64,000 nucleotides of DNA from Clostridia bacterium. GTDB lineage: Bacteria; Bacillota; Clostridia; Saccharofermentanales; DTU023. Below the pieces are notes generated by a model. That model ran no database searches, had not been told where the DNA came from, and worked only from the letters and a program-made list of their open reading frames with translations. Each line of letters opens with the position of its first letter. Within the stretch, counting starts at the first letter, position 1. Position numbers and translations under genes: made by a program. The stretch covers positions 195,356-259,355 of the forward strand of contig JAXGRH010000001.1 in assembly GCA_040766025.1 (NCBI GenBank), in the 5' to 3' direction. Of the stretch, positions 49,865 to 60,467 are shown piece by piece.

Positions 49865-51095
49865 CGTACAGCGGGAACTTCTTGACGAGCGCGGCGACGC
49901 GATCGCGAATCTCCTGCTGGCTGTTGTCAAAGTCGAAGATCGCTTTCGTGATCAGTTCCGCAATCTCGCGCATCTCGGGCTCGCCCATGCCGCGGGTGGT
50001 GACAGCCGGTGTGCCGACACGCAGACCCGAGGTAACCATCGGTGACTCGGTCTCGAAAGGAACCGTGTTTTTGTTCGTGGTGATGTGGACTTCGTCCAGA
50101 CGATCCTGGAGGACCTTACCCGTGATTCCGGTGCCCTTCAATTTGAGGAGCAACAGGTGGGTGTCCGTGCCGCCGGAGACGAGATCAATGCCGCGCTCGA
50201 CGAACGCTTCACCCAGAACACGCGCGTTGTTCACGACGTTCTTTTGGTATTCCTTGAATGAGGGATCGAGCGCCTCTTTAAAGGCAACGGCTTTGGCCGC
50301 GATGATGTGCTCAAGCGGTCCGCCCTGGAGTCCCGGGAACACCGCGGAGTCGATCTTCTTCTTGTACTCTTCCTTACACAGGATGATGCCGCCTCTGGGG
50401 CCGCGAAGTGTCTTATGCGTGGTCGATGTCACAAAATCGGCGTACGGGACGGGATTCATGTGAAGCCCTGCCGCGATCAAGCCGGCGATATGGGCCATGT
50501 CGACAAAGAGGTAAGCACCGACTTCATCGGCGATCTCACGGAAAATCTTGAAATCAAGGGCGCGGGGGTAAGCGCTCGCGCCGGCCACGATCATTTTAGG
50601 CTTTACTTCGTGGGCGCGTTTTCTCACCACGTCGTAGTCGACCTGTTCGGTCTCAGGATTTACCTGGTAGCCTTCCGCATGGAAATATTTACCGGAGATA
50701 TTAAGGCGCATGCCGTGCGTCAAGTGACCGCCGTGATCAAGATCAAGACCCAGGATGGTGTCACCGGGCTGCAACATGGCGTAGTAAACAGCCGTGTTGG
50801 CAGAGGCTCCTGAGTGAGGCTGTACGTTCGCGTGCTCCGCGCCGAAGAGTTCCTTCAGTCGATCAATCGCGAGTTGCTCTGCGATGTCAACATATTCACA
50901 GCCGCCGTAATAGCGTCTTCCGGGATAGCCTTCCGCGTATTTGTTGGTCATCACGGAACCCATCGTTTCGAGGACTGGGCGACTGACAAAGTTTTCAGAA
51001 GCGATCAGTTCAAGAAAATTTCTTTGACGGTCGAGTTCATTGATTAACGCTTCATAAATCTCTGGGTCAAATTCTTTTACGTGCTCGTATGGCAT
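49851..51095 (-). CDS. glyA: serine hydroxymethyltransferase
   Basis: [36 protein letters not shown]-lysine block [12 protein letters not shown]. Confidence 0.93.
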   Translation of the reverse strand: MPYEHVKEFDPEIYEALINELDRQRNFLELIASENFVSRPVLETMGSVMTNKYAEGYPGRRYYGGCEYVDIAEQLAIDRLKELFGAEHANVQPHSGASANTAVYYAMLQPGDTILGLDLDHGGHLTHGMRLNISGKYFHAEGYQVNPETEQVDYDVVRKRAHEVKPKMIVAGASAYPRALDFKIFREIADEVGAYLFVDMAHIAGLIAAGLHMNPVPYADFVTSTTHKTLRGPRGGIILCKEEYKKKIDSAVFPGLQGGPLEHIIAAKAVAFKEALDPSFKEYQKNVVNNARVLGEAFVERGIDLVSGGTDTHLLLLKLKGTGITGKVLQDRLDEVHITTNKNTVPFETESPMVTSGLRVGTPAVTTRGMGEPEMREIAELITKAIFDFDNSQQEIRDRVAALVKKFPLYDELV

Positions 51096-51191
51096 ATATA
51101 CCTCCTTTAAGGCAAAAAAATAATAATCAACGATATACTACCATATATTGGAAAAATAGACCCGCGTAAAAGACCGTTTCTGTAACCCAGC

Positions 51192-52637
51192 TCAGGTTCT
51201 TCGCCAGGTCCTCGGAGACAATAAAGCAATGATCGGAATGATCTCAAGGCGCCCCATGATCATGGCAAAGGACAGGGCCACTTTTGATAGATCACTCAAC
51301 TCTTGGTAAGAGCGGCTGGGGCCGACCACGCCAAAGCCCGGCCCGATGTTATTGAAGGTGGCGGCCACCGCCGAAAAGCTCGTCATGAAGTCCCCCGCAT
51401 CCGCCGCGACCACCAACAAGAAAGCAATATAAAGCAAGATGTAGATGGCAAGATACTGAAACACCTTCGTTTTCAACTCATTCCCCGTGGCCTTCCCTTC
51501 AAAACGCAAAGGCAGACGCCGGTTCGGATTTAAACTCCCGCGAAACTCCTGAAACGACGACTTAATATACAAGGCCACACGGCTCACCTTCAGCCCGCCG
51601 GCCGTTGACCCTGCCATCCCGCCGATCATCATGAGACCCAGCAAAATCACATGGGAAAACAGCAGCCATGTTTCGTAGTTATTAATGGTAAAACCCGTCG
51701 TCGTCATGATCGACGAAATGGTAAAGAACACTTCTCTTAACTGCTGGGAAAAGGATTCATAAAGGTTTCTTGTATTCAACAAAATGAGTACCAGAGCCCC
51801 CGCCACAAAACCGATGTACCAGCGAAATTCGCTCTTAAACGCTCCCTTCATCCGCCGGTATAAAAGCGCGTAGTACAAATTGAAGTTCACCTCTAAAAGC
51901 TAGCATGCCAAAGGCAATGACATAGTGGATATAAGGGTTCGTGTAATAAGCCCAGAGTTTGCCTGAATGCCGAACTCCGCCTGTCCCTGCCGTCCCAAAA
52001 GCGTGCAACAGCGAATGCATTAAGGTCCCGCCCAGAACTAAAAGCAAGGTCAAATCGCGGTCATCGCAAGGTACATGATGTACAGGACGGTGCGCGGTGC
52101 CCCGCAACCGTGACTGCAATTTACCAAACACAGGGCCCGGCACCTCAGCCTTCATGATGAAGACATCGTCCGATTGTATGCGCGGCATGACGGCTAAGGC
52201 GAAGACCAAGATCCCCATGCCGCCGATCAGGTGGGTGAAAGAGCGCCAAAAGAGCTGTGAGTGCAGTAACTCCTGCGGGGCGGACAAAACAGAAGCGCCT
52301 GTGGTGGCAAAGCCTGAGGCCGCCCCCAAAAACGCGTCCACCATAGGAGGGAATGGAGCGGCTTATGACAAAGGGAAGGCTTCCTATAAAGGACAACGAC
52401 AGCCATGTAATGCCCACTACCACGAGACCCTCGCGCATGAAGAAATCGGGATTTTTAGGTCTTCTAAAAGAAAAGCAAGTAGCCTAAAAGCAAGGCGATC
52501 GTAATCGGGATCAAAAAAGGCCACACGCCTGCCCAGCCTTCGCGGTAGTACAAGGCGACCACCACGGAAGGAAACATTAAAAGACCTGTGATAAACAGAA
52601 TCCTTCCGGTGACAAAACGAACCATGGCGCGGTTCAT
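51192..52637 (-). pseudogene. trkH: Trk/Ktr-type K+ transporter membrane subunit TrkH, multiply frameshifted
   Basis: Four ORF fragments in different frames (52464..52781 part, 52145..52438, 51835..52344, 51192..51890). They carry consecutive TrkH segments: MNRAMVRFVTGRILF..., REGLVVVGITWLSLSFIGSLPF, DAFLGAASGFATTGASV, THLIGGMGILVFALAV, TTTGFT, GGMAGSTAGGLKV, IMGRLEIIPI. Confidence 0.8.
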
Positions 52638-53992
52638 CGCTTCACTTCTTTCTGGATATCGCTGATATCCTGAAAATTCGGGTGCGTGGTGACCACGATG
52701 ACATCGTTCGCCCGGCAAGATCGTATCCCCGCCTTCCGGGAAAATGATGTCAGCGCCCCGAAGCATGCAAAGGACAAGCAATCCCTTTTCAAAGGCAGGC
52801 TGTGAAGCGGTTCATTACAAACCGGACTGTCAACGGCGACTTTGAACTGTAAGGCCTCCGCTCCGCCCCGGCGCCAAACGGAAGAAAGCTTCCACATTGA
52901 GCCGTCATGTTCTCCGGAACGGATAAAACGGATGATCTGATCAGCGACAAGCGCGTTCGGTCAAGCCGATCGCCTGCAAGCCGGCGTTGTGGATGACATT
53001 TAAAAGACTCGTGCGGTTGACTTTCGTGATTGTCTTCTTGACGCCTTCTTGGGCGGCATAAAGAGATCAGCATGTTTTCTTCATCGATGCCCCGTGAGGG
53101 CTACGACCGCATCATAGTTCGGCAGGCGTTCTTCGCGGAGCACCGCCCGATCCGTCCCGTCGGCCGCGATCACTTCCACATCGGGGAACTCAGCGGCTAA
53201 CTGATCCGCGATATCTTCATCTTTTCGATGACCTTAGCGCGCATCTTGTTGCGGGAGAGCCTTGGCAAAAGGTAGCGCGTCACGCGGCTTCCCGCGATGA
53301 TCAGCACCGTTTTCGGATGGCGTTCGGGGATCGCGGTCCGTCGCGCAGAACTCTCGTACTTCAGAAGGACGCCCGGGTGACAAACATCCTGTCCCCCACC
53401 GCCGGCACATAGTCGCCGCGCGGGATGAAACAGCTGTTCACCGTGTTCCACCATGGCAATCAGGATATGGCCGTTTTGACGGCCGATCTCTTTTAGACTC
53501 TTACCGAGGTAAGGACAATCTTCATGCACTTCTGTTTCCACCATGACCACGCGGCCGTGCCCGAAGGTCTCAACACCCAAGGCCGCGGGGAAGGTCGCAT
53601 GCGCTCGATCTCGCGCGCCGCTTCCAAGTCCGGGTTGATCAGCATCGTGATGCCTAAAGATTCGCGCAAAAAATCCATCTGCAGGGAATAGATTTCGAAC
53701 CCGCGCGATGACATGGCGGGCGTCGATTTTGCGCGCCAGGATGGCCGCGATGATATTCGTCTCATCGTCCGGGGTCACCGCGATAAAGATATCGCACAGA
53801 TCAACCCCCGCTTCGCTGCTGGATGTTCAGAAGGGAACCGCTTCCCACGACTCCGGAGACGTCCGCTAACTCAGTCACCTTGGTTCAGGCGCTTTTCATT
53901 TTTTTCACGATGACCACACCGTGGTTTTCACGGCTCAAATCTCGGCTTAAGACTTCACCGACCTTGCCTGCGCCGCATATCACAATGTCCAT
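52634..53992 (-). pseudogene. trkA: Trk system NAD-binding subunit TrkA, heavily frameshifted
   Basis: ATG 53992 opens MDIVICGAGKVGEVLSRDL (Rossmann GxGxxG). Later pieces in other frames: TPDDETNIIAAILARKIDARHVIARVRN (53197..53778 ORF) and the C-terminal tail ANDVIVVTTHPNFQDISDIQKEVKR. Its TGA overlaps the trkH ATG (ATGA at 52634-52637). Confidence 0.75.
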
Positions 53993-54054
53993 AAAGCAAG
54001 ACTCCTGAAACGAGATCACGCCTTTCTTTGGGCAAAATTTCTCGTTTTTCGATT

Positions 54055-55227
54055 TTACTCCCGGCCGACTTTAAAATCGCGTCCATATCGAACTCTCTTT
54101 TTCAGCAAAAACAGCATCCTGGGGCAAAGGGTGCGTCTTCGGATGCTTGGATACAAAGACGGTACAGCAGTCATCGTAGGGCAAAATAGAGGTTTCAAAG
54201 GTACCGATTTTCGCGCGATGGCGATCGTGTCGTTTTTATCCATCCCGATTAAAGGTCTGAACACCGGGCGATCCGCCACGGCATCGGTTAAGACAATGGC
54301 CTCCAATGTTTGACTGGCCACCTGGCCCAAACTCTTCCCCGTTAATGAGCGCTTTGCGCCTGTTTCAACCGCTATCGGCAGCACGCCATAACGCCGCATA
54401 TTCATTGTCGCGGTATCCGGCAATACTTTTATTTGCCTGCTTGATGTCCGTGAAATCCACCACATACAAACCGCTGATCCGCCCCGCGTAGCGCCCCAAA
54501 AGTGCGGCAAGTTCCTCCACCTTCGACAAGGCCTGAGGACTCGGGGAAGGTGTGAAAGTAAATCGCGTCCAAAATCATGCCGCGGGACGCCATCATGTAA
54601 CCTGCGACGGGGCTGTCAATTCCCCCGGATAATAGCAAGATACCCGCCCGCTCATGCCGACAGGCAGTCCCTTTGGCGCCCTCCGTGATGTGGTAAAGAT
54701 AAATCTTGTCTCTTATCTCGACAAAGAAGATGAAATCAGGATCCAGCATCTTCACGGTTAACTGGTGAGGGTATTGTTCCAATAATAAAGCGCCCAGGGC
54801 ACTCGATGTCTCATAGGAATCAAGAGGGAAGTCTTTGTTCACACGGCGCGTTTCAAACTTGAAGGTCCGCGCCTTCGCCATCCTCCAAAAGACCTTTGGC
54901 ATAACCTGAGACAACCGCCTGTAATGCCTCCCAGTCGGCCTCAAGCTCTATCGCCGGGCTCACGGAGACGATCCCAAATATTCGCGATAGGCGATCGATG
55001 ACTTCACATAGGAGCGCGTCATCTGAAAGATTCGTATTCTCTTCCCCCGAAGCCAAATCCTTGAATGGCTTTGCCTTTTCGATGGTAAACTCACCCAGGT
55101 CAGAAAGGCGCCAGCGCATATTGGAGATAAGGCGCGCGACAAAACGACCGCGATTAAGGCCTTTTAAGGTAATCTCCCCTAAACGCACGAGAATGAGCCG
55201 CTCGAAATTCCCCTTTTCTCCTGTCAT
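54055..55227 (-). pseudogene. thiI: tRNA 4-thiouridine synthase ThiI, frameshifted (3' limit approximate)
   Basis: Three fragments: 54853..55227 (LILVRLGEITLKGLNR, THUMP region), 54429..54944 (FKFETRRVNKDFP..., PP-loop LLLSGGIDSPVAGYMMASRG) and 54055..54510. [17 protein letters not shown] is readable in yet another frame. Confidence 0.8.
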
Positions 55228-55239
55228 GACCCCTCTTTT

Positions 55240-56384
55240 CTATCCTGTGGCATAACGCCTGTAAATACGGTTAATCGTGTCTGCCAACCATAGCACATCC
55301 TGTTCACTTCGGGCGCTTGAAAACTGATGCGCACGGCCGATTCAATGAGGGGCTTCGATGCCCATGGCCGCTAACACATGGTTTTCTCTCCCGCGTGTCT
55401 TGAATCCGCAGGCGGCGCCTGTTGAAATATAAATCGATTCCGCGGATAAGGCATGCATCAGGGTTTCACCCCGAAGGCCCAAAAAGGCAATGGACAGCAC
55501 ATAGGGTGAGGCGTCCTCAGGCGACAGACACTCGTGCGGCAGTCCATGTTCATGAATGGCCTTTAAGAAACGTTTTTTCAGGGTCGTGACATGCGCGAGA
55601 TTATTCAATCGCTCCACATGCAGGCGGATCGCCAACGCGATCGCCAAGGCCCCCGGCACATCGACCGTGCCTGAACGGACGCCGTCCTGCTGGCCGCCCC
55701 CGTGTAAGAGGGGGACAAGTCTTAAGCTTTCTTAAAAGGAGCCCTGTTCCCTTCGGGGCGCCAAGTTTTATGCCCTGACACAGAGGCCATGTCGAGCCCG
55801 GATTGTTTAAATGAAAGGGGTAGTTTTCCCGCCGCCTGCACGATGTCGCTGTGAAAAAGACAACGAGGCGCGTATTTTTTTAACAGCTGTTGAATTATTT
55901 TTAAGATCGTTAATCGCCCCGGTCTCGTTACTGACCCTCATATGATGTGCTCAAAAGGCGCGGCGCCTCGGCGGACAACAAGGTTTCTAATGCCTCCATT
56001 GTCCACGGGATCCCGTTTTCAAAAGCGGCAGTGCGCGGACATCCTGATCCCATTGTTCTTTTAAAAACGAAAGACTGGCTCGGACCGCGTCATGCTCCCC
56101 TGTTGAAGTGACAAAAAGACTTCCCGCTTGCCACCCCAGGCAACGCCTTTTAAAGCGTGGTTAATCGACTCCGTGCCGCCTTGGGTGAAATAGATTTCAT
56201 CCGGGGCACAATCAAGGTCCTTTGCGGACGAAGTTTTCGCCTGCCCGAGTAAGGCGAGCGCGCGAATACCGCCGCCGTGCATGGAGGCGGGGTTGTTGCC
56301 GTCCTCTTCAAGGTGCCGGGCATAGCTTGCCAGCACTTCAGGGAGAACCGGTGAAGTGGCCGTGGTGTCAAAATCGTAATGCAA
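55240..56384 (-). pseudogene. second cysteine desulfurase (class V aminotransferase; NifZ/IscS-like partner of ThiI), frameshifted
   Basis: N-terminal fragment 56061..56384 (YDFDTTATSP, FTQGGTESINHALKG). No ORF of 60 aa or more across 55660-56060. C-terminal fragment 55342..55659 (ISTGAACG). Final tail LWLADTINRIYRRYATG-TAG (55240-55242) lies in another frame. Confidence 0.75.
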
Positions 56385-56389
56385 GGTCT

Positions 56390-57109
56390 TTAGTTGATTT
56401 CCAGTTTTAATAAGTCGGGGCGTAAGACGACGCGGATATGTTCGCAGACCGATCCGCTTCGGCCGAAAAGTTGCCCCTGGGCGGCTAAGACGATGGAACG
56501 CCTCGGAATCTCCAAAATAGCGGCTTCTTTATTTTTCGCCGGTCTCGCCAAAAGCGCAACGCTTCGACCGGTAAAAACGCGTACTTATTGCTCTTAATGT
56601 CGATCATGCGCTTCCCCAGGGCAATGCTCTGCCCCAAGTCCGGGAACACCTGCGCGGAGATATACGACATGCACCAACCGTAGATGCGTTCATCGAACAT
56701 GATCGGCCATTGAGCAGTCCCAGTAGCCCGCGTGTTTCACATCCGGGATATTAAGCTGTGTCAATTTCAGGATCGGGGTCACATGCTGGACGGGTTGCAA
56801 ATTGATGTCTTCGTAGGTCGATAAATTTAAAAAACTAAAGGTCAAAGCGTTAAAATGCGGGATCAAAAGTCGATCAGGCTCCACCGCCACAAAGGTGCCG
56901 CGGCCCTTTTGGATCTCCAAAATGCCATCCGAGACAAGGTCGGCAATCGCCTGCCGCACGGTCGGACGCGAGAGTTCGAGTTCCTCGCAAAGCGTGATCT
57001 CAGAAGGGATCCGTTCGCCCTGCCGGTACTCACCTTCTTGGATGCGTTCGACAATAAGTTCACGAAGTTGCGCGTAAAGCGGAACACTGCTGTGCCTATC
57101 CAGTTTCAT
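56390..57109 (-). pseudogene. GntR/HutC-family transcriptional regulator (wHTH + UTRA domain), frameshifted
   Basis: Intact wHTH: VPLYAQLRELIVERIQEGEYRQGERIPSEITLCEELELSRPTVRQAIADLVSDGILEIQKGRGTFV. The UTRA part continues in two other frames (56485..56700 ORF, then ...VCEHIRVVLRPDLLKLEIN-TAA at 56390-56392). Confidence 0.7.
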
Positions 57110-57203
57110 GATAACGCCTCCTACCAACTGATACTAACATCATATCATAGAGACAGGCAATGCGTGAAACTTTTTTCACATCTTTTGACCGGTCATGACT
57201 TCT

Positions 57204-57860
57204 TTAAAATCCCTCTGGTTTAAGAATGTTCGATAAAAAAGACAGGCGGTGAATCGGACAAGGCCCCTGTTCCTTGATGGCTCGGATATGCTCCGCGGTG
57301 CCGTAGCCCTTATGTGAAGCAAACCCATAGCCCGGGAACTCTTCGTCCCAACGGACCATCATGCGATCCCTTGCGACCTTGGCAAGGACAGAGGCCGCTG
57401 CGATGACATTGTGTTCCGCGTCCCCCTTCACAAGCGCCCGACAGGGGTAGTCCAAGCCCTGGAGGGTCACCGCGTCAATGAGCGCGATATCGGGCGAACA
57501 GGACAACTCAGAAAGCGCGCGGCGCATGGCCTCCTTGGTGGCTTCTAATATATTCACGCGGTCTATCTCAGATTCTCCCACCATGGCAACCGACCAGGCA
57601 ACCGCTTTTTCGCGTATGAGTATCTCTAAGGCCTCGCGCCTTTTCACCGTCATTTTCTTTGAATCATTCAATCCGTGAAATGGTACATCGCCAGGCAGGA
57701 TACAGGCGGCCGCCACCACAGGGCCCGCCAAGGGGCCTCTCCCCGCCTCATCGACGCCCGCGATGAAGCGATAGCCTTCCTCACGAAGACGCGCCTCAAA
57801 GGCGCCCATACGCTCGTAGCGTTCGATGTCACGCGTGGTAATGCGGATGACGGTACTCAT
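57204..57860 (-). CDS. rnhB: ribonuclease HII
   Basis: GVDEAGRGPLAGPVVAAA, DSKK, GDAEH..IAAASVLAKV, GYGFASHKGYGT. ATG 57860 overlaps the rbgA stop (ATGA). Confidence 0.9.
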   Translation of the reverse strand: MSTVIRITTRDIERYERMGAFEARLREEGYRFIAGVDEAGRGPLAGPVVAAACILPGDVPFHGLNDSKKMTVKRREALEILIREKAVAWSVAMVGESEIDRVNILEATKEAMRRALSELSCSPDIALIDAVTLQGLDYPCRALVKGDAEHNVIAAASVLAKVARDRMMVRWDEEFPGYGFASHKGYGTAEHIRAIKEQGPCPIHRLSFLSNILKPEGF

Positions 57861-58750
57861 TGGATTTCGATGTCCGTCACAGGCGCCCATTCGAGCGTGA
57901 TCTTTCCGATGCGCCCTGAACGAAAATCGTCTAAAAGCATCGCTGAGAAACGCGAAAGGTCCGCTTCCTCCCCGGGGAGCCGGCAGCCCATGCGTAGGGC
58001 GGTGTCTGAAAAAACACTCAAAAGATTCTCATCATCGGCCACAGCCCCGTAACGCGCATGAAGCGCGTCGGGGTAAAGCGCTGAAAGCGTTTTGAAGAGC
58101 CAAAGCGCCACATCTTCCACAGGCAGGATGCTGTCTCGGATCGCGCCGGAGGCCGCCAGCGCTTTTGCCCCCTCTTCATCCGCCATCTTCAACGGTAAGA
58201 TACCGGGTGTGTCAAGGAAGTGAAGTTCAGCGCCCGAGCGAAGCCAGTTCTGTTGCCTTGTGACCCCGGGCCTTGCTTCCACGGCCGCGGAGCGCTTGCC
58301 AACAAATTGGTTAATGAGGGTCGATTTACCTGTGTTGGGGATGCCTGAGACCAAGATGCGCAAAGGTCGTGCGATGCGCCCTTGTTTTTTAGCCTTCTCC
58401 AAAATGGGCGCGTGGATTTTTAATAATTGCCTTCGAATGAGTCGTATGTCCGCCGGCTGGCGCGCATCGACCATGAGGGAAAAAACACCCGTCTCATAAA
58501 GGTAGCGCAGCCATCGGGCGCCCTGGTCAATATCAGCCAGGTCCGCATGTGTGAAAAGAAGAATGTGGGGCTTTTGGGGGGTGAAGGATAAAAAGATCGG
58601 GTTGCGGCTTGCGACAGGGACGCGCGCGTCCGCGACTTCCACCACCACGTCGATATGCCGCCACGCATTTTTTAACTCACGGGTCGCGCTTGCCATATGG
58701 CCGGGATACCAGTGGATCTTCTTGCCGCCCATGCCCTTGATATCGCTCAT
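57857..58750 (-). CDS. rbgA: ribosome biogenesis GTPase A (RbgA/YlqF), circularly permuted GTPase
   Basis: WYPGHMA, VVEVADARVP, order G4-G1-G3 with GIPNTGKSTLIN and LDTPG. Confidence 0.88.
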   Translation of the reverse strand: MSDIKGMGGKKIHWYPGHMASATRELKNAWRHIDVVVEVADARVPVASRNPIFLSFTPQKPHILLFTHADLADIDQGARWLRYLYETGVFSLMVDARQPADIRLIRRQLLKIHAPILEKAKKQGRIARPLRILVSGIPNTGKSTLINQFVGKRSAAVEARPGVTRQQNWLRSGAELHFLDTPGILPLKMADEEGAKALAASGAIRDSILPVEDVALWLFKTLSALYPDALHARYGAVADDENLLSVFSDTALRMGCRLPGEEADLSRFSAMLLDDFRSGRIGKITLEWAPVTDIEIQ

Positions 58751-58810
58751 CTTGCCCCTCCTCGATTGTCTGTTCTTTCTTTTAAGTATACGACAGACAA
58801 AAATATTCTT

Positions 58811-58838
58811 AAAAAAGAAAAGACGGCTTCAAGCCGCC
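58811..58838 (-). terminator. rho-independent terminator after rplS
   Basis: Minus strand: GGCGGCTT-G-AAGCCGTC hairpin followed by TTTTCTTTTTT. Confidence 0.7.
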
Positions 58839-58865
58839 TGTTCTTCTTTTGTCTTTTGTTGACAA

Positions 58866-59219
58866 TTATTTTCTGGTCGGAAGTTTTTCGCGCACACGAG
58901 CAGCCTTACCCACGCGATCGCGCAAGTAAAACAACTTCGCACGGCGCACGCGGCCTTTTCGAATCACTTCAATCTTCGCGACTTTTGGCGAATGAATCGG
59001 AATGACACGTTCGACACCGACACCGTAGGCCACACGCCTTACCGTCACGGTCTCATTCAGTCCGGCTCCTTTTCGCCCGATCACCGTTCCCTCAAACACT
59101 TGAATACGCTCACGGGTACCTTCTGTGATCCTGAGATGAACATTGACACGGTCGCCGATCTCTACGTTATCGTACTGATCGCGCAAGAATGGCTGTTCCA
59201 CCGCTTTGATATAGTCCAT
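58866..59219 (-). CDS. rplS: 50S ribosomal protein L19
   Basis: [53 protein letters not shown]. Confidence 0.93.
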   Translation of the reverse strand: MDYIKAVEQPFLRDQYDNVEIGDRVNVHLRITEGTRERIQVFEGTVIGRKGAGLNETVTVRRVAYGVGVERVIPIHSPKVAKIEVIRKGRVRRAKLFYLRDRVGKAARVREKLPTRK

Positions 59220-59294
59220 ATTGCGTTCCTCCTTTATCCGTCATCGGATGTTCTTGCACGCAATTGCAGCGGACCACCCGTATAAACCTCAAGC

Positions 59295-59323
59295 ATGATA
59301 GCAGATGAAAACACGGCTGGCAA
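59295..59323 (-). promoter_or_regulatory. promoter in front of rplS
   Basis: Minus strand: TTGCCA (59323-59318), 17-nt spacer, TATCAT (59300-59295). Leaves a structured leader of about 70 nt before the RBS AAGGAGG. Confidence 0.55.
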
Positions 59324-59335
59324 GCGCTTTTTCCC

Positions 59336-60456
59336 TTATTTCTTGAATACTCCGGGCGAATTTAGCACAGAACTTGAAAAAAGAAATAAAACATCCGCAT
59401 CGGACGCAAACGAAACGCGCTCCACAACACTTCTCATCGCGATATAGCGCAGGTCAATGACCACGACTTCCTCGTAGTACGGGGCAAGGAGCGGAATGAG
59501 GCTGGAACCAAAGGAATCGCGAAAGACAATGAGCTGGCGCCCGTTATGCTGCTCGGTGTTTTCGATCTCAAAAGCGCCTTCGCGCCGCCCAAGAACAGAT
59601 CGTAAGGGTCAACCGACAGAAGCTTGTCGGTCTCGTACAAAGGACCCTTCTCCCCTGTCACAAGGTCCCAAACAACCATCTTATCGATCGTGTCATTGGA
59701 CAGCCAGTTCAAGGTATCCGGCGCGACCGGCCAGGCCATTTGCCCCGCATAGGTGCCCCAATAGTTGTCAAAACGATTAAGTTCAAAATTCTGAATCTCA
59801 TCTATTTCGAAAAAGCCAAACTGTTCTAATAACAGGTTCGCCACATCCATTAAATACCGTTGGTCCCAATGCGGATCGGTTTTGTAGTAATCGTCAATCG
59901 AAAGATGCGGCAAAAGTGACAAAACATCCATTCTTTCGCCCAAAGCCTCTTCTATTTGTTCGAATTGGGCGTCATAGGAATAGGAAGGATATTGACTATC
60001 CTCTAGCAGGAAGACATTTTTTTCCGGGATAAGGGCAAAAAGAGGCTTCCCCTCGATTCCGAGATTTTCGCGGGCGACAGCCTCCAAAATGGAAAGCGCG
60101 TGGGCCAAGGCTTTTTCATTCAAAACAGGGTCAAGCTTTCCCAAATGGCCATCCCATTCGTAATAGCCGTGGTGGTCGAATTGATTTAAAGCCCCGATGC
60201 GAAACAGCGCCAGGTATTGTCGAAATCCGTCGCGGGCGGGAAATTGGTCAAGAAAATAGTCTTCCAAATATTGAAAGTACTCAGATAACCCCGCCCCCGG
60301 ATGGGACGCCCGGTAGTCCCCATAGTCCATGTATTCTACAAGCGGACGCTTCTCAGTCATGGAGATGGGTTCGTCCGCTTTTACGAACGACACAAACGGC
60401 ACTAGCAATAGTGCGAGCATAAAGACGACGATGAGACTGTACGCGCGATATTTCAC
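59336..60456 (-). pseudogene. DHHW-family (AlgX/AlgJ-like) extracytoplasmic protein, one frameshift near 59570-59590
   Basis: GTG 60456 with RBS AGGAGG. Signal anchor. FDHHGYYEWDGHL, YYKTDPHWDQ. After ...DLFLGGAK the conserved tail is only readable in the +1 frame: LIVFRDSFGSSLIPLLAPYYEEVVVIDLRYI ... GVFKK-TAA (59336-59338). Confidence 0.75.
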
Positions 60457-60467
60457 CTTGTAGCCTC

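Noticed and set aside
2250-57109. The idea that the frameshifts are programmed ribosomal frameshifting or recoding sites.
   Set aside because: There are too many per gene, in both directions, and I saw no common slippery heptamer or downstream structure. They also hit unrelated genes. Decay or consensus error is far more parsimonious.
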